Assembly: GCA_027251445.1 (NCBI GenBank)
Contig: JAPNQO010000074.1
Span: 1 to 54,247, forward strand
DNA length: 54,247 nt
Direction of reading: 5' to 3'
From: Fidelibacterota bacterium
Lineage (GTDB): Bacteria > Fidelibacterota > Marinisomatia > Marinisomatales > TCS55
Shown here: positions 38,024 through 48,500 of the stretch, one piece after another
Position numbering within the stretch: position 1 is the first letter of the stretch
Layout: the number at the start of each line of letters is the position of its first letter
The notes under the pieces: generated by a model
Seen by the model: only the letters and a program-made list of their open reading frames with translations
What the model was told of the DNA's origin: nothing
Databases searched by the model: none
Position numbers and translations under genes: made by a program

Positions 38024-41000
38024 ATGAATATAAAATTATATTTTGCTTTATTCCTTTGTTTTTCTCTTTTATTTGCTGGCGACACTGGAAAAATTGTCGG
38101 TAAAGTAACTGATAGTGAAACTGGCGAAAACCTATCAGGGGTAAATATACTACTAAAAGGTACATCCATGGGAGCAGCATCAGATATCGATGGAAACTAT
38201 ATCATTTTAAATGTTCCTGCAGCATCGTATACAATAACTGCATCATACATAGGTTATAAGACTATTAATGTTACAGATACCCGCGTAAATGCAGATTATA
38301 CTACAATAGTTAATTTTGTGATGGAAGTTTCTGTAGTTGAAGGAGAAGAGGTGATTGTTGAAGCTGAGAGACCTCCCATCGTTAGAGATCAAACTGCGAC
38401 TACCACAACCGTTGAAGATAAAGATATAGTCAATATGCCGGTAAATTCTTTTGATGAAATAATGACAACTATGGCAGGTGTTGTTGAAAATAATAATGCT
38501 GATGCTGGAATCCATTTACGTGGAGGTCGAACTGGAGAAATATCATATTTAGTAGATGGTTTTCTAATTGAGAATGCTCTTTTTGGTGGAATGAGTATGG
38601 ATATAGCTAAAGATGCAATATCAGAATTATCGTTAATTACAGGTGCGTTTAATGCAGAATATGGTAAAGCAATGAGTGGTATCGTCAATATTGTAACAAA
38701 AGAAGGAAGTCCTAACTATCACGCTGGTATAACAACGGCAACAGATGGATTTGGTGGAAATAAAAATAATTGGGGAACAAGTAGAAATATTATAAACCTC
38801 AGTGGACCTGTCATTCCTGGAATGGGTGAAATTGCAAATTTTAACTTCACTGCAGATTTTAATAAATCAAATGGTAATCTATGGAAGAATCAATTACCCC
38901 GTGATGTATTAACTGTTGATGTAGATGGTGATGGTGTTTATGATGATGGAGAAGATACATATGCTATGGCAGACATAACGGCAAATGGAACACCAGATAC
39001 TGTTGAATTAAAAAAGGGTGCATGGGAACAAACAGGTACGTTCAATGATTACCAGAGAATTACAGGTAAACTCGTTATCAAGCCAATACAAAATGCCAAA
39101 ATTACTCTTGGAACTAATTATTATCAGTCTGAAGCAATGGGTTTCAGTATGTCTTACAGGCAACTTCCAGATAGATATTCCACTTCTTTTGGATCCACAG
39201 CGCAGACCAATTTTAAATTAAACTACTCTATAAGTGACAATATGTCTTTAACTGTAAAAGCACAAAACTATGCACGGGATAGTCATAATGGTTACAAACC
39301 ATTGCTAAATAAAAAACATGAGTTATGGGGTAAAGAAGTTGAAATTCCATCTAGTTGGGCAGATTATGTTCCAGGAACAGTAGTTGCTGGTGAGAATATG
39401 AATTGGTTTAGTTATTATGCGGAACCATATGCCGATTGGAATGGCGATGGTCAATACAGTCCATTTGGCGCAGCAGAATATTGGAAAGATAGCAATGGCA
39501 ATGGTACATGGGATGAAGGAGAATATTATAATGATTGGAATGGCGACGGAAGTTGGACAATTATGCGTGATACAAATGGAGATGGTATACCTGATAGTGA
39601 AGATTATAGTGATATTGATGGTAATGGTGTATATAGTGTAGGTGTTGACCCTAGGCTAAGAGAGGGCGATGCGTATGATGGAACATCAAACTATGAATTC
39701 TATGGACAATACCCAGTTGTTAACTTTTTTGGTGATACTATAAGAGAAGGTTATTCAACTTATCATGATTATCAATGGTACGGAACAAGTTATAAAGAAT
39801 ATGGTGCAGAGCTTACTTGGCAAGTGAATGATGTACACCAAATAAAAACTGGTTTTGATAGCAAAAAGCATAAAATATCAAATTTTTCTGGAGGAGCCAT
39901 TGGTGGCGGACCATTTGGAAATACCTCTGATGCAAGTTGGATCATGTATGAATTTGAGCCCGAAGAATCTTCGTTTTATATCCAAGATAAAATGGAATAC
40001 AAAGAATTTATCATTAATGTTGGCGTGAGATACGATGCGCTAGATCCGAATTCACGCTACCCAGATCCAAGCAGAAAATTGCTATATCAATATGATAATC
40101 AAGCATATGAACCATCTGATCTGAGTCAGTTAAGTGAACAACAAATGCAACAAGCTGACTGGGGTTATGCTGCTCTTGATGAAGATGGAGTTCCTAGTAC
40201 TGATGGAGATGGAAATTATATTTTTGAGCCAGCTAAATGGGCTAGCTACAAGAAAAAATGGAGTCCAAGAATAGGGTTTGGTTATCCAATTACCGATAAT
40301 ATAGCATTTCATGCTAGTTATGGTCAATTTTTTGACTATCCAAACTTGAGTAGTGCCTATGCATACACAAATACAAACGGCGCTAGTGGTTTAGCTCCTG
40401 GTTTAACTGGGATTAATATAGATAACTTTAATTTTGGAAACTCTTACTCCCCTTTTCCAGTGAATACTGCTGATTTTTATATACCAGCAATTGGTAGCCC
40501 AAACGTTAGGCCAGAAAGAACTGTCCAATATGAATTTGGCTTCAGATCCTTTATAGCTGAAACCTACATTATGAGCATGACCGTATATTATAAGGATATT
40601 TATGATCTTATTTCTGCAACAATTTATGATGCCGACCCTGCTCAATATTCACTGTATGAAAATCATGATTATGCAAACGTAAGGGGATTTGAATTAGAAT
40701 TAAGAAAAAATTTCAAAAATAATATTGCCTGGTATATGAATTATACACTTTCTAAAGCTGAAGGAAGCGCTCCTAATGAATTCTTTCATTGGGATGTTGC
40801 ATACCTAGCATCAGTATATGGATGGAGAGACTATAATAGAACTTTTAATATGTCATGGGATCAAACTCATGTGATTAATTATGGCATAGATTATCAACAT
40901 CCAAAAGGATATGGATTAAATCTAATTGGAAATTATGGTAGTGGCTTACCCTATACGCCAACAGATGCTAGAGGAAGACCTATAGATGATCCATATTCAG

Positions 41001-41248
41001 CAAGAATGCCAAGTACATCCGTAGTTAATATGAGGGCTTATTACGATTTATCACTCAAATCTGCAAACTTAAGAATTTATGCCGATATAGATAACTTGTT
41101 AGATCAAACAAATATCTATAATGTTTTTACAGATACAGGTACAGCAACAGAATCCACAAACCCAAATACATCTCCAATGTGGATGCACCGGCCATACTAT
41201 TGGCAAGCGCCAAGGCATATTGAACTTGGCATTACAGTGAGGCTATAA
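38024..41248 (+). CDS. TonB-dependent receptor with N-terminal carboxypeptidase-regulatory-like domain and Asp/Gly-rich Ca-binding-like loop insertions
   Basis: Signal peptide, TGKIVGKVTD...YIGY, plug motifs IHLRGGR and GAFNAEYG...SGIVNIVTK, barrel motifs SPRIG, PERTVQYEFG, PRHIELG. Confidence 0.92.
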   Translation: MNIKLYFALFLCFSLLFAGDTGKIVGKVTDSETGENLSGVNILLKGTSMGAASDIDGNYIILNVPAASYTITASYIGYKTINVTDTRVNADYTTIVNFVMEVSVVEGEEVIVEAERPPIVRDQTATTTTVEDKDIVNMPVNSFDEIMTTMAGVVENNNADAGIHLRGGRTGEISYLVDGFLIENALFGGMSMDIAKDAISELSLITGAFNAEYGKAMSGIVNIVTKEGSPNYHAGITTATDGFGGNKNNWGTSRNIINLSGPVIPGMGEIANFNFTADFNKSNGNLWKNQLPRDVLTVDVDGDGVYDDGEDTYAMADITANGTPDTVELKKGAWEQTGTFNDYQRITGKLVIKPIQNAKITLGTNYYQSEAMGFSMSYRQLPDRYSTSFGSTAQTNFKLNYSISDNMSLTVKAQNYARDSHNGYKPLLNKKHELWGKEVEIPSSWADYVPGTVVAGENMNWFSYYAEPYADWNGDGQYSPFGAAEYWKDSNGNGTWDEGEYYNDWNGDGSWTIMRDTNGDGIPDSEDYSDIDGNGVYSVGVDPRLREGDAYDGTSNYEFYGQYPVVNFFGDTIREGYSTYHDYQWYGTSYKEYGAELTWQVNDVHQIKTGFDSKKHKISNFSGGAIGGGPFGNTSDASWIMYEFEPEESSFYIQDKMEYKEFIINVGVRYDALDPNSRYPDPSRKLLYQYDNQAYEPSDLSQLSEQQMQQADWGYAALDEDGVPSTDGDGNYIFEPAKWASYKKKWSPRIGFGYPITDNIAFHASYGQFFDYPNLSSAYAYTNTNGASGLAPGLTGINIDNFNFGNSYSPFPVNTADFYIPAIGSPNVRPERTVQYEFGFRSFIAETYIMSMTVYYKDIYDLISATIYDADPAQYSLYENHDYANVRGFELELRKNFKNNIAWYMNYTLSKAEGSAPNEFFHWDVAYLASVYGWRDYNRTFNMSWDQTHVINYGIDYQHPKGYGLNLIGNYGSGLPYTPTDARGRPIDDPYSARMPSTSVVNMRAYYDLSLKSANLRIYADIDNLLDQTNIYNVFTDTGTATESTNPNTSPMWMHRPYYWQAPRHIELGITVRL

Positions 41249-41250
41249 TT

Positions 41251-44200
41251 ATGAAGAAATATAAAATTCTAGTTCTTATCTCGTTTTTATTATCTAGCAA
41301 TGTTTTTTCTGGAGAGATACCAAATATTTCTAAACGAGATTATTATGATTATTATGTAGCACCTGCTAAAGGAAGAATTCCAGATAGATTGAATAGATCT
41401 ATGGGCTATGCAGATCGTAAGCTATCTGTATTAGATAAAGGAAATCTGGTTTTACGTATGTCGAATGCTGCTATTTATGGATATGATAGATGGGGGCTTA
41501 ATCATGAATTTCCTGCAGGAAGCATGGCAAAGACAGGTTGTTGTACATATTATTGGACACAATCCCCCATGGTTGGTGCATTAATTAATGGTTTACCATC
41601 CGTATCTGTCGGAGTTCGCGGAAGTGTTCGCGATCATGAAGAAGAATTTGAGCCATTACCAGGATATGATGCTGGTTATTCAGATACAGATAATAATGTT
41701 GGTATAGCATTTAGCGATGTTCCAGAATCATGGCCTGCGCTTTGGCCTAGGGAAAAAGATCCAACTGGAACTTTTGAATCAGTTGTTTATAATGCTGATG
41801 GTTCATCTGATACATTATATTTTCCAGGAGTTGAACCAGAACTTGGCCCAGATGGGTTTCCTGATGCTCCTTGTGGAATAGGAGTGCAAGCTGATCGTGA
41901 AGCATATTTCGTAGTGACAGATAATGACCCTCAAGAAGGAAATACATTTGAAAGCAATCAAGGTGTTGGTCCATTAAATGTTCGTTTTGATGTTTGGGTT
42001 CTGAACTATTCAAGTACATTTGGAAATGATGGTTTTATATTTATTCAAAGAATGACAAATGTTGGTAAAGATACCTTAAAAGATTTATACATGGGGATCG
42101 CTGGCGATCCAGATGCTCCTGAACAAGGTGGAGCTGAATGGACAGATGATATGGCCCTTTTTATTACTGAAGACGACCCCCATATTGCTGAAAAATTAGT
42201 GGATACATCTGATGCTCATCTTCTAGAAAACTTTGCTATTGTTTATGATCGCGATGATGCCGTACAGGGCTATCTTACATCAGGTGTGGGATGGATTGGT
42301 GCTAAATTTCTTGATTTAACAAAATATAATAGTGATGGAAGTGACACAACCTATGGTGTAACGAACTTTTATACCTTTGAGTATAGTCAAGATGCTCAAA
42401 GCGATGCACAAGCATATAATGAACAAATGACTCATGGAATTCAAACACCTCAAAATATCACTCCTAACGAATATGATATTTTTCAAAAACCATATAGTTA
42501 TGGCCCAGATATTACGTGGGTAATTGCAGGAGGACCAATGGATGTTGCTCCTGGAGAGCAAGTAATTTTTACATTTGCAGATTTTGCAGGAATAAATGAA
42601 ACTGATTTAATTCGAAATGCAAAACTTTTTCAATCACTTTATGATAACAACTGTGCTACTCCAAAGCCTCCTGATCAACCAATTGTTAAAACTGCTGTGG
42701 ATGAAGGAAGAGTTGTTTTAATGTGGGATGATCGTAGTGAATTTTCAACTGATCCAGTTACCGGGAATAATGCATTTCAAGGGTACAGAGTATATCGAAG
42801 TACAGATAGAGGTAATTCATGGGGAACAGTTATTACGGATGTAAATGGTGATCCTACGGATTTCTATAAACCACTGGCCATTTATGACACTGATGATGAA
42901 CAAAGTGGTCCTCACCCGATGGCTGATCCACTTATTTACTATAATCTAGGTTCTAATTCTGGTGTAAAATATTCATACGTTGATAATAATATAATTAATG
43001 GTTATGAATATTGGTATGCAGTTTCAGCTTATGATGGTATTGATGATTGGGCTGGTGCTCCAGTTGATCCCATGGAAAATCCTAAAGCAAAGAATGCTTT
43101 CTATAGTGATAATGATAATACGGTTGCAGTCGTTGCACAGAAAGCGCCCGCTGGATATAGTTCTGGCACTTTTCCTGAAATAGCAGTTCATGCTACTGGA
43201 GAATCAGATGCTGTATTGAATCTAGTTCAAGCAGATGCCTTTTCTTTAGAATTTCTTGGTGATTCATTATCTCCTCAAGATTTTAATAGCAAAGGTTACA
43301 GCTATAAGGTTGTTATTAATGAAAGGTCACAAGGTGATACATTAAATATTAATTCTTGGAGTATGATAAATACCTCTACCAATGATACAGTTATTAGTGA
43401 TGAAACAGATGTTGAATCTGGACAATTAAAGCATGTAATTGATGGCTTTATCCCTGTATTTACAATTGGGTCTTGGACTTTATCAACTTATGACTCTGTA
43501 AAACAAACTGTTAATCAAGATACTGCAACGTCAATATTATTTGGTGGAATCAATCCAAATTCTAATGATGGTACATGGGCAGGTTTTGTAGATAATACAC
43601 CATTAGATCCTAAACCTTCTAATAGACCAGGGGCAAGCTTATTACAAAAAGATATCGAATTTAGGTTTTCAACTAATGGGTCAGTTGCAACATATTTTAA
43701 TGCACAACTTACAACTATAGAAACAATAGAGGTTCCATTTGAAGTTTGGTCGACTGAAGAAGATAAACAAATTGATGCAGTAATATATATGGCTGCAGGA
43801 ACAAAGCCTATTCACGAAGAAGATTCAGAAAATCCAGGGCATTATAAATTCACCAAGAATTTCTTTGTAATGCCAATTTACCAAGATTATACAGGAGTAG
43901 GGTTAAGTGATTGGTATAGTAATACCAATATAGGTTGGATGCTACAATTCAATAAAAATGAAACTCGTTTCACAGATGGAGATGAATTCAAAGTATACTT
44001 TCGTAATCCATTATTAGCAGGTAGTGATACGTATACAATAGAAACAACTGCAGATGCTTATACAATTAGTGATGGTGATTTAGATGAAATTTTTGTTGTT
44101 CCTAACCCTTACAATGCTACCTCTGTATATGAACATATAGCATTTATTAGAGAAGTACAATTTATGGGTCTTCCTGAAGATTGTTTGATTAGAATTTTCA

Positions 44201-44385
44201 ACACGGCCGGAGAATTAGTACAAGTAATTAAACATGATGTGAATAGTCCTGGATATAGAGGTCCTAGCATTGAAGCTTGGGACTTACGAACTTATAATAA
44301 TCAGGAGGTGTCGTTTGGGGTATACATCTTTCATGTAGTCTCAAGTGATCAAGAATTCACTGGTAAACTTGCGGTGATAAAATGA
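41251..44385 (+). CDS. Large acidic secreted protein with FN3-like domain and T9SS-type C-terminal domain
   Basis: Signal peptide; PKPPDQP...VVLMWDD...FQGYRVYRS...YVD..IINGYEYWYAVSAYD (FN3-like); VVPNPY...IRIFN..GELV...WDL...GVYIF...GKLAVIK. Confidence 0.75.
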   Translation: MKKYKILVLISFLLSSNVFSGEIPNISKRDYYDYYVAPAKGRIPDRLNRSMGYADRKLSVLDKGNLVLRMSNAAIYGYDRWGLNHEFPAGSMAKTGCCTYYWTQSPMVGALINGLPSVSVGVRGSVRDHEEEFEPLPGYDAGYSDTDNNVGIAFSDVPESWPALWPREKDPTGTFESVVYNADGSSDTLYFPGVEPELGPDGFPDAPCGIGVQADREAYFVVTDNDPQEGNTFESNQGVGPLNVRFDVWVLNYSSTFGNDGFIFIQRMTNVGKDTLKDLYMGIAGDPDAPEQGGAEWTDDMALFITEDDPHIAEKLVDTSDAHLLENFAIVYDRDDAVQGYLTSGVGWIGAKFLDLTKYNSDGSDTTYGVTNFYTFEYSQDAQSDAQAYNEQMTHGIQTPQNITPNEYDIFQKPYSYGPDITWVIAGGPMDVAPGEQVIFTFADFAGINETDLIRNAKLFQSLYDNNCATPKPPDQPIVKTAVDEGRVVLMWDDRSEFSTDPVTGNNAFQGYRVYRSTDRGNSWGTVITDVNGDPTDFYKPLAIYDTDDEQSGPHPMADPLIYYNLGSNSGVKYSYVDNNIINGYEYWYAVSAYDGIDDWAGAPVDPMENPKAKNAFYSDNDNTVAVVAQKAPAGYSSGTFPEIAVHATGESDAVLNLVQADAFSLEFLGDSLSPQDFNSKGYSYKVVINERSQGDTLNINSWSMINTSTNDTVISDETDVESGQLKHVIDGFIPVFTIGSWTLSTYDSVKQTVNQDTATSILFGGINPNSNDGTWAGFVDNTPLDPKPSNRPGASLLQKDIEFRFSTNGSVATYFNAQLTTIETIEVPFEVWSTEEDKQIDAVIYMAAGTKPIHEEDSENPGHYKFTKNFFVMPIYQDYTGVGLSDWYSNTNIGWMLQFNKNETRFTDGDEFKVYFRNPLLAGSDTYTIETTADAYTISDGDLDEIFVVPNPYNATSVYEHIAFIREVQFMGLPEDCLIRIFNTAGELVQVIKHDVNSPGYRGPSIEAWDLRTYNNQEVSFGVYIFHVVSSDQEFTGKLAVIK

Positions 44386-45479
44386 AGAAAAATATAATCA
44401 TAACTTTTATTGCTATAAACTGCTCTATCTTTGCCCAATTTGATAATGCTGGAACATCTGCAGCTAATTTTCTAAAAATCGGTGTAGGTAGCCGAGGCAT
44501 GGCTCTTGGTGGAGCATTTACTGCTAATGTACAAGATCCATCTGCCTTGCATTGGAACCCAGCCGGTATAGCTCATGCTAAAGATATACAGGTTTTACTT
44601 TCGCAATACAATTGGATTGCGGATATGAAACATAGTTATTTTGGCCTAGTTATTCCTGTTGGCTCATTAGGCAATTTAGGAATAAGTCTTAATAATTTAG
44701 ATATGGGTGAAATGAAAAAAACAACAGAGTTTGAACAAGATAGTAAAGTTGTTTTTCGTGCTTCAGATATTGCTTTGGGATTAGGGTTTGGCAGAAAAAT
44801 ATCAGACCGATTTTCAATTGGATTTCATGGTAAAATTGTGAGAGAAACTATATCTTTTTCTAATGCTACAGCTTTTGGATTTGATGTAGGGTCACAATAT
44901 CAAACAGATTTTTCTGGATTAACAATAGGTATGGCTATCACAAACTTTGGTACAAAGATGAAATTACAGGGTACTGATCTAAAAGTTGATACAGATCCTT
45001 ATGCAGACCAAGATGCGAATCCTGATGCAATTGCACAGTTACAAACTGAAGAATGGCCTTTACCTATGTCTTTTCGTGTTGGGTTTGCAATGAATCCCGT
45101 TGGTCCAAATTCTTTAATTAAGAATGAAACTGTAGAGACAACAATTAGTCTAGATTATTATGATCCACGAGATTATAACCCATATTATGCTGGTGGACTC
45201 GAAATCAAAGTTCTTGGAGGTCTATTTCTTCGTATGGGATTAGAAAATAAATTTATTCAGTTTAATGATGATCACAATGACAATATGGCATCTAGCGATT
45301 TGACAGATAAACTTGATAAAGATAATGCTCATGGGTATGTAAGCAAAACAGCCTTCGGGTTTGGATTATCATCAACAATGTTTCCGTTTATACCATATAA
45401 CTTCACGCTTGATTATTCAGTCTCAGATATGGGGATATTGGGACAAGTTACTAGATTAACTTTTACAATCGGACTATAG
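44382..45479 (+). CDS. PorV/PorQ-family (UPF0164) outer-membrane beta-barrel
   Basis: FLKIGVGSRGMALGGA...WNPAG, alternating beta-strands, LPMSFRVG; 4-nt overlap with the upstream CTD protein. Confidence 0.85.
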   Translation: MKKNIIITFIAINCSIFAQFDNAGTSAANFLKIGVGSRGMALGGAFTANVQDPSALHWNPAGIAHAKDIQVLLSQYNWIADMKHSYFGLVIPVGSLGNLGISLNNLDMGEMKKTTEFEQDSKVVFRASDIALGLGFGRKISDRFSIGFHGKIVRETISFSNATAFGFDVGSQYQTDFSGLTIGMAITNFGTKMKLQGTDLKVDTDPYADQDANPDAIAQLQTEEWPLPMSFRVGFAMNPVGPNSLIKNETVETTISLDYYDPRDYNPYYAGGLEIKVLGGLFLRMGLENKFIQFNDDHNDNMASSDLTDKLDKDNAHGYVSKTAFGFGLSSTMFPFIPYNFTLDYSVSDMGILGQVTRLTFTIGL

Positions 45480-45494
45480 AAAATACTTTTTTTT

Positions 45495-45527
45495 AAAAAG
45501 GCCTTCAAAAAGAAGGCCTTTTTTTTT
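45495..45527 (+). terminator. Rho-independent terminator of the TBDR operon
   Basis: aaggccttc-aaaaa-gaaggcctt stem followed by a T run, about 15 nt after the porV-like stop. Confidence 0.85.
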
Positions 45528-45556
45528 GATTTCAAAATAGTATTAATATTAATCAA

Positions 45557-48500
45557 ATGAATAAACCACTAACTAAGCATCTTACTTATATCAATAAACT
45601 ATTTGGTAAGGAACCAGATGCTGATGAACTACTAAAAAAGGCTGAAGAATTATTTGAATCAGATACAACACAAAAAACAACTCATGATTTTTTAGAGTTA
45701 GGACACTTATCTGAAATAAATAAGGAAATATATAATTCAAATAAAATTGATGAATGGTTTGAAATATTGCTCAAATTAATTTTGCAGTCAAAATTTACTG
45801 TTGGGCATTTAATTAATCAGCGAGCAAGATTTTATGAAGAGAAAGAATGCTTTAAAGTTATTAATGGTAATACTATTGAAAGTTTTACTTATAAAGATGT
45901 ATGGAATAAAATTATACAGATTGGTCAAGCCTTATCTAATATAGAATTAAACTTCAAACATAAAATTGTGGTCGGAATATTTTCAGAAAATTCACTTCGA
46001 GGCGCTCTAATTGACCTTTCTTGTTTATCATTTCACTTTCCAATAGTTCCAATTCCTGCTACAACTACACCTGATCATTTAGAATACATCATAGAAAATT
46101 CTGAAATTACACATCTTTTTATTGGAGGTATATCTGTTCAGGGAATTTTACGTGAATCTAAAATTAATAAAGAATCATTATTCATCTATCATTTAGATAA
46201 TCATTCAGAAGCAATAATAAAAGCTCATCAATGGGAAAGTTTTATTTCTAAGTCAGTTGAATATGATGAAATAAATGTATTAAAGAAGATAAATGATTGT
46301 GATATGAAAGATGTGTCTACAGTTATGTACACTTCTGGGACAACTGATAATCCTAAAGGTATCGTATTTTCACAGGAAAATATTATTTCAAAAAGATTTG
46401 CACGCGCTATTGCTCTTCCAGAATTTTCAAGTAATGATATATTTTTATGTTTTCTACCTTTATATCATACATTTGGAAGATATTTTGAATTATTAGGGGC
46501 GATTTTTTGGGGTGCAACATATACATTTGCAGAATCACCATATTTTAAATCACTTTTAAAAGACTTTCAAATTTCAAAGCCATCAATTTTTATTAGTATT
46601 CCAAAAAGATGGATACAATTAATGGATCATGCTGATTCAATTAAAACAATAAATCAAAATAATGATGAGACAATTAATTCGATTACATCAATAACAGGAG
46701 GAAATTTAAAATATGGATTATCAGCTGCTGGTTATTTAGATCCAGATGTATTTCATTTTTTTCAAGACAATAAAATAAATCTAATTAGCGGATATGGCAT
46801 GACAGAAGCAACAGGTGGAATTACCATGACACCTCCTGATGATTATCAACCTGATTCAGTTGGAAAGTCATTACCAGGAATTGAAATAAAACTAGCTGAA
46901 GATGGTGAATTACTTATTAAAGGAGCATATGTATCATCATTTTATTTTAGTAAAACAAATAAACCGACATCAGTTAATGGGTGGTTTCATACAGGTGATA
47001 TTTTTAAAGAAAAGAATGGGCATTTATATATTATTGATCGTAAAAAAGAAATTTATAAGAATACTAGAGGACAAACAATCTCACCACAAAAGATTGAAAA
47101 TATGTTTCAGGATTTTGATGGAATTAGCAGTTCTTTTTTAGTGGGTGATGGTTTGGAGTTTAATACACTACTTATCTATCCCGATTATGATACACTGCCA
47201 ATAGAGTTTTCTAAGGACAATATTAAATCAATTAGAGAATATTACAGTTCATTAGTTCAATCAGTTAATAGCTTTCTTGCTCCTTTTGAAAGAGTAATCA
47301 ATTTTGCAATTATAAATCGAAAATTTATACAAGATGAAGAATTAACACAAAAAGGGACATTTAAGAGAAAAATAATAATTAAAAACTTTGATGAAATTAT
47401 TTATCCAATGTATCAAAAGAACTATGTCACTTTATCTTATAAAGAATATCAAATACATATCCCTAATTGGCTACTACGTGAAAAAGGGATAAGTAAAAAC
47501 GATATATATTGGGATGGTGCCTACATATCTATTAGAAATAATAGCAATAAAGTTAAAATTCAATGGGATAATAATAATTTGAGTATAGGAAGTTTTTCCT
47601 ATACTACTCATGAAAACTTTATTGATCTTCAAATTTTATTAATTTCTCCAGAATTATGGTTGGGAAACACTGATTTTACAGATTTTATAGGAAAAAGTAT
47701 TTTTCGTCTTTCAAGATTTGAGCAAACAGATTCTATAAAGCTTGAGTTTCCATTAAATAAGAATGGTTCAGAAAAAAATGTAAATAGTTCAGAAAAGATT
47801 GAAAATGCTGTGGATCTCTATGATTTACACAAATCAACATTTAGGCTATATAATGGAGATCTTAAAGGTTTACTAGCATATAATAGCTTATTACAATCCA
47901 AACGTGATGAGCTAAAAAATATTGCATTTAATGTTCTCTTATCATTCAGACAGCATGATAATGTAAATGTTCGATTAAGAGTTATTGAAACTATTCTCCC
48001 AGAATTATCTGGTGAGTTATTTTATGAATTATTTATTAATACATTTCAGAAATATTTTAATGAAAAATCAAATAATGAATTTTTAATAAATGTAGACTTA
48101 CTAAATAATGAACATTTTATATCAATTCTGTCACAGCTTGGAAAATATAGAAAAGATCTTAAATCTTTAGAAAAATTTCATTTAGCATTTATTCAAGTTT
48201 TATTACCAATTGTAGCTGATTATGGTGTTAGTCACCCTACTAAATATATTTGGGCCCGATCAGAATTGTATTGGTGGCAGATAGTAGAATGCCCAAAAAG
48301 AATACTTTCTCTTGCCCAAAAAGAACATTATAAACTTGTAAATGGTTTCAGATCATGGATTGGACCAAATAGAAAACTAGCAATAGACAGAAATGATAAC
48401 ACTGAATATAATTGGAAAGATGTAATTATATTTGATGAACTTGTTGGCCCAAAAACCAAAGAAGCATTACTAGCCGCCATTAGTAATACAGCCTTAATTA

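Noticed and set aside
39434..39630. Short direct repeats as a CRISPR array or DGR-type repeat
   Set aside because: They are in-frame coding repeats of DxNGxG in the TBDR; spacing is irregular and there is no cas or reverse transcriptase gene.
44382..45479. PorV-like barrel as a FadL fatty-acid channel feeding the downstream synthetase fusion
   Set aside because: It is coupled to a CTD-bearing cargo gene and separated from the fusion by a strong terminator. The shared fold means this is not fully excluded.
45557..47400. Adenylation domain as part of an NRPS or fatty acyl-AMP ligase cluster
   Set aside because: I see no carrier-protein (GxDS) or condensation (HHxxxDG) motif, and no biosynthetic neighbours; the motifs fit the long-chain acyl-CoA synthetase type.
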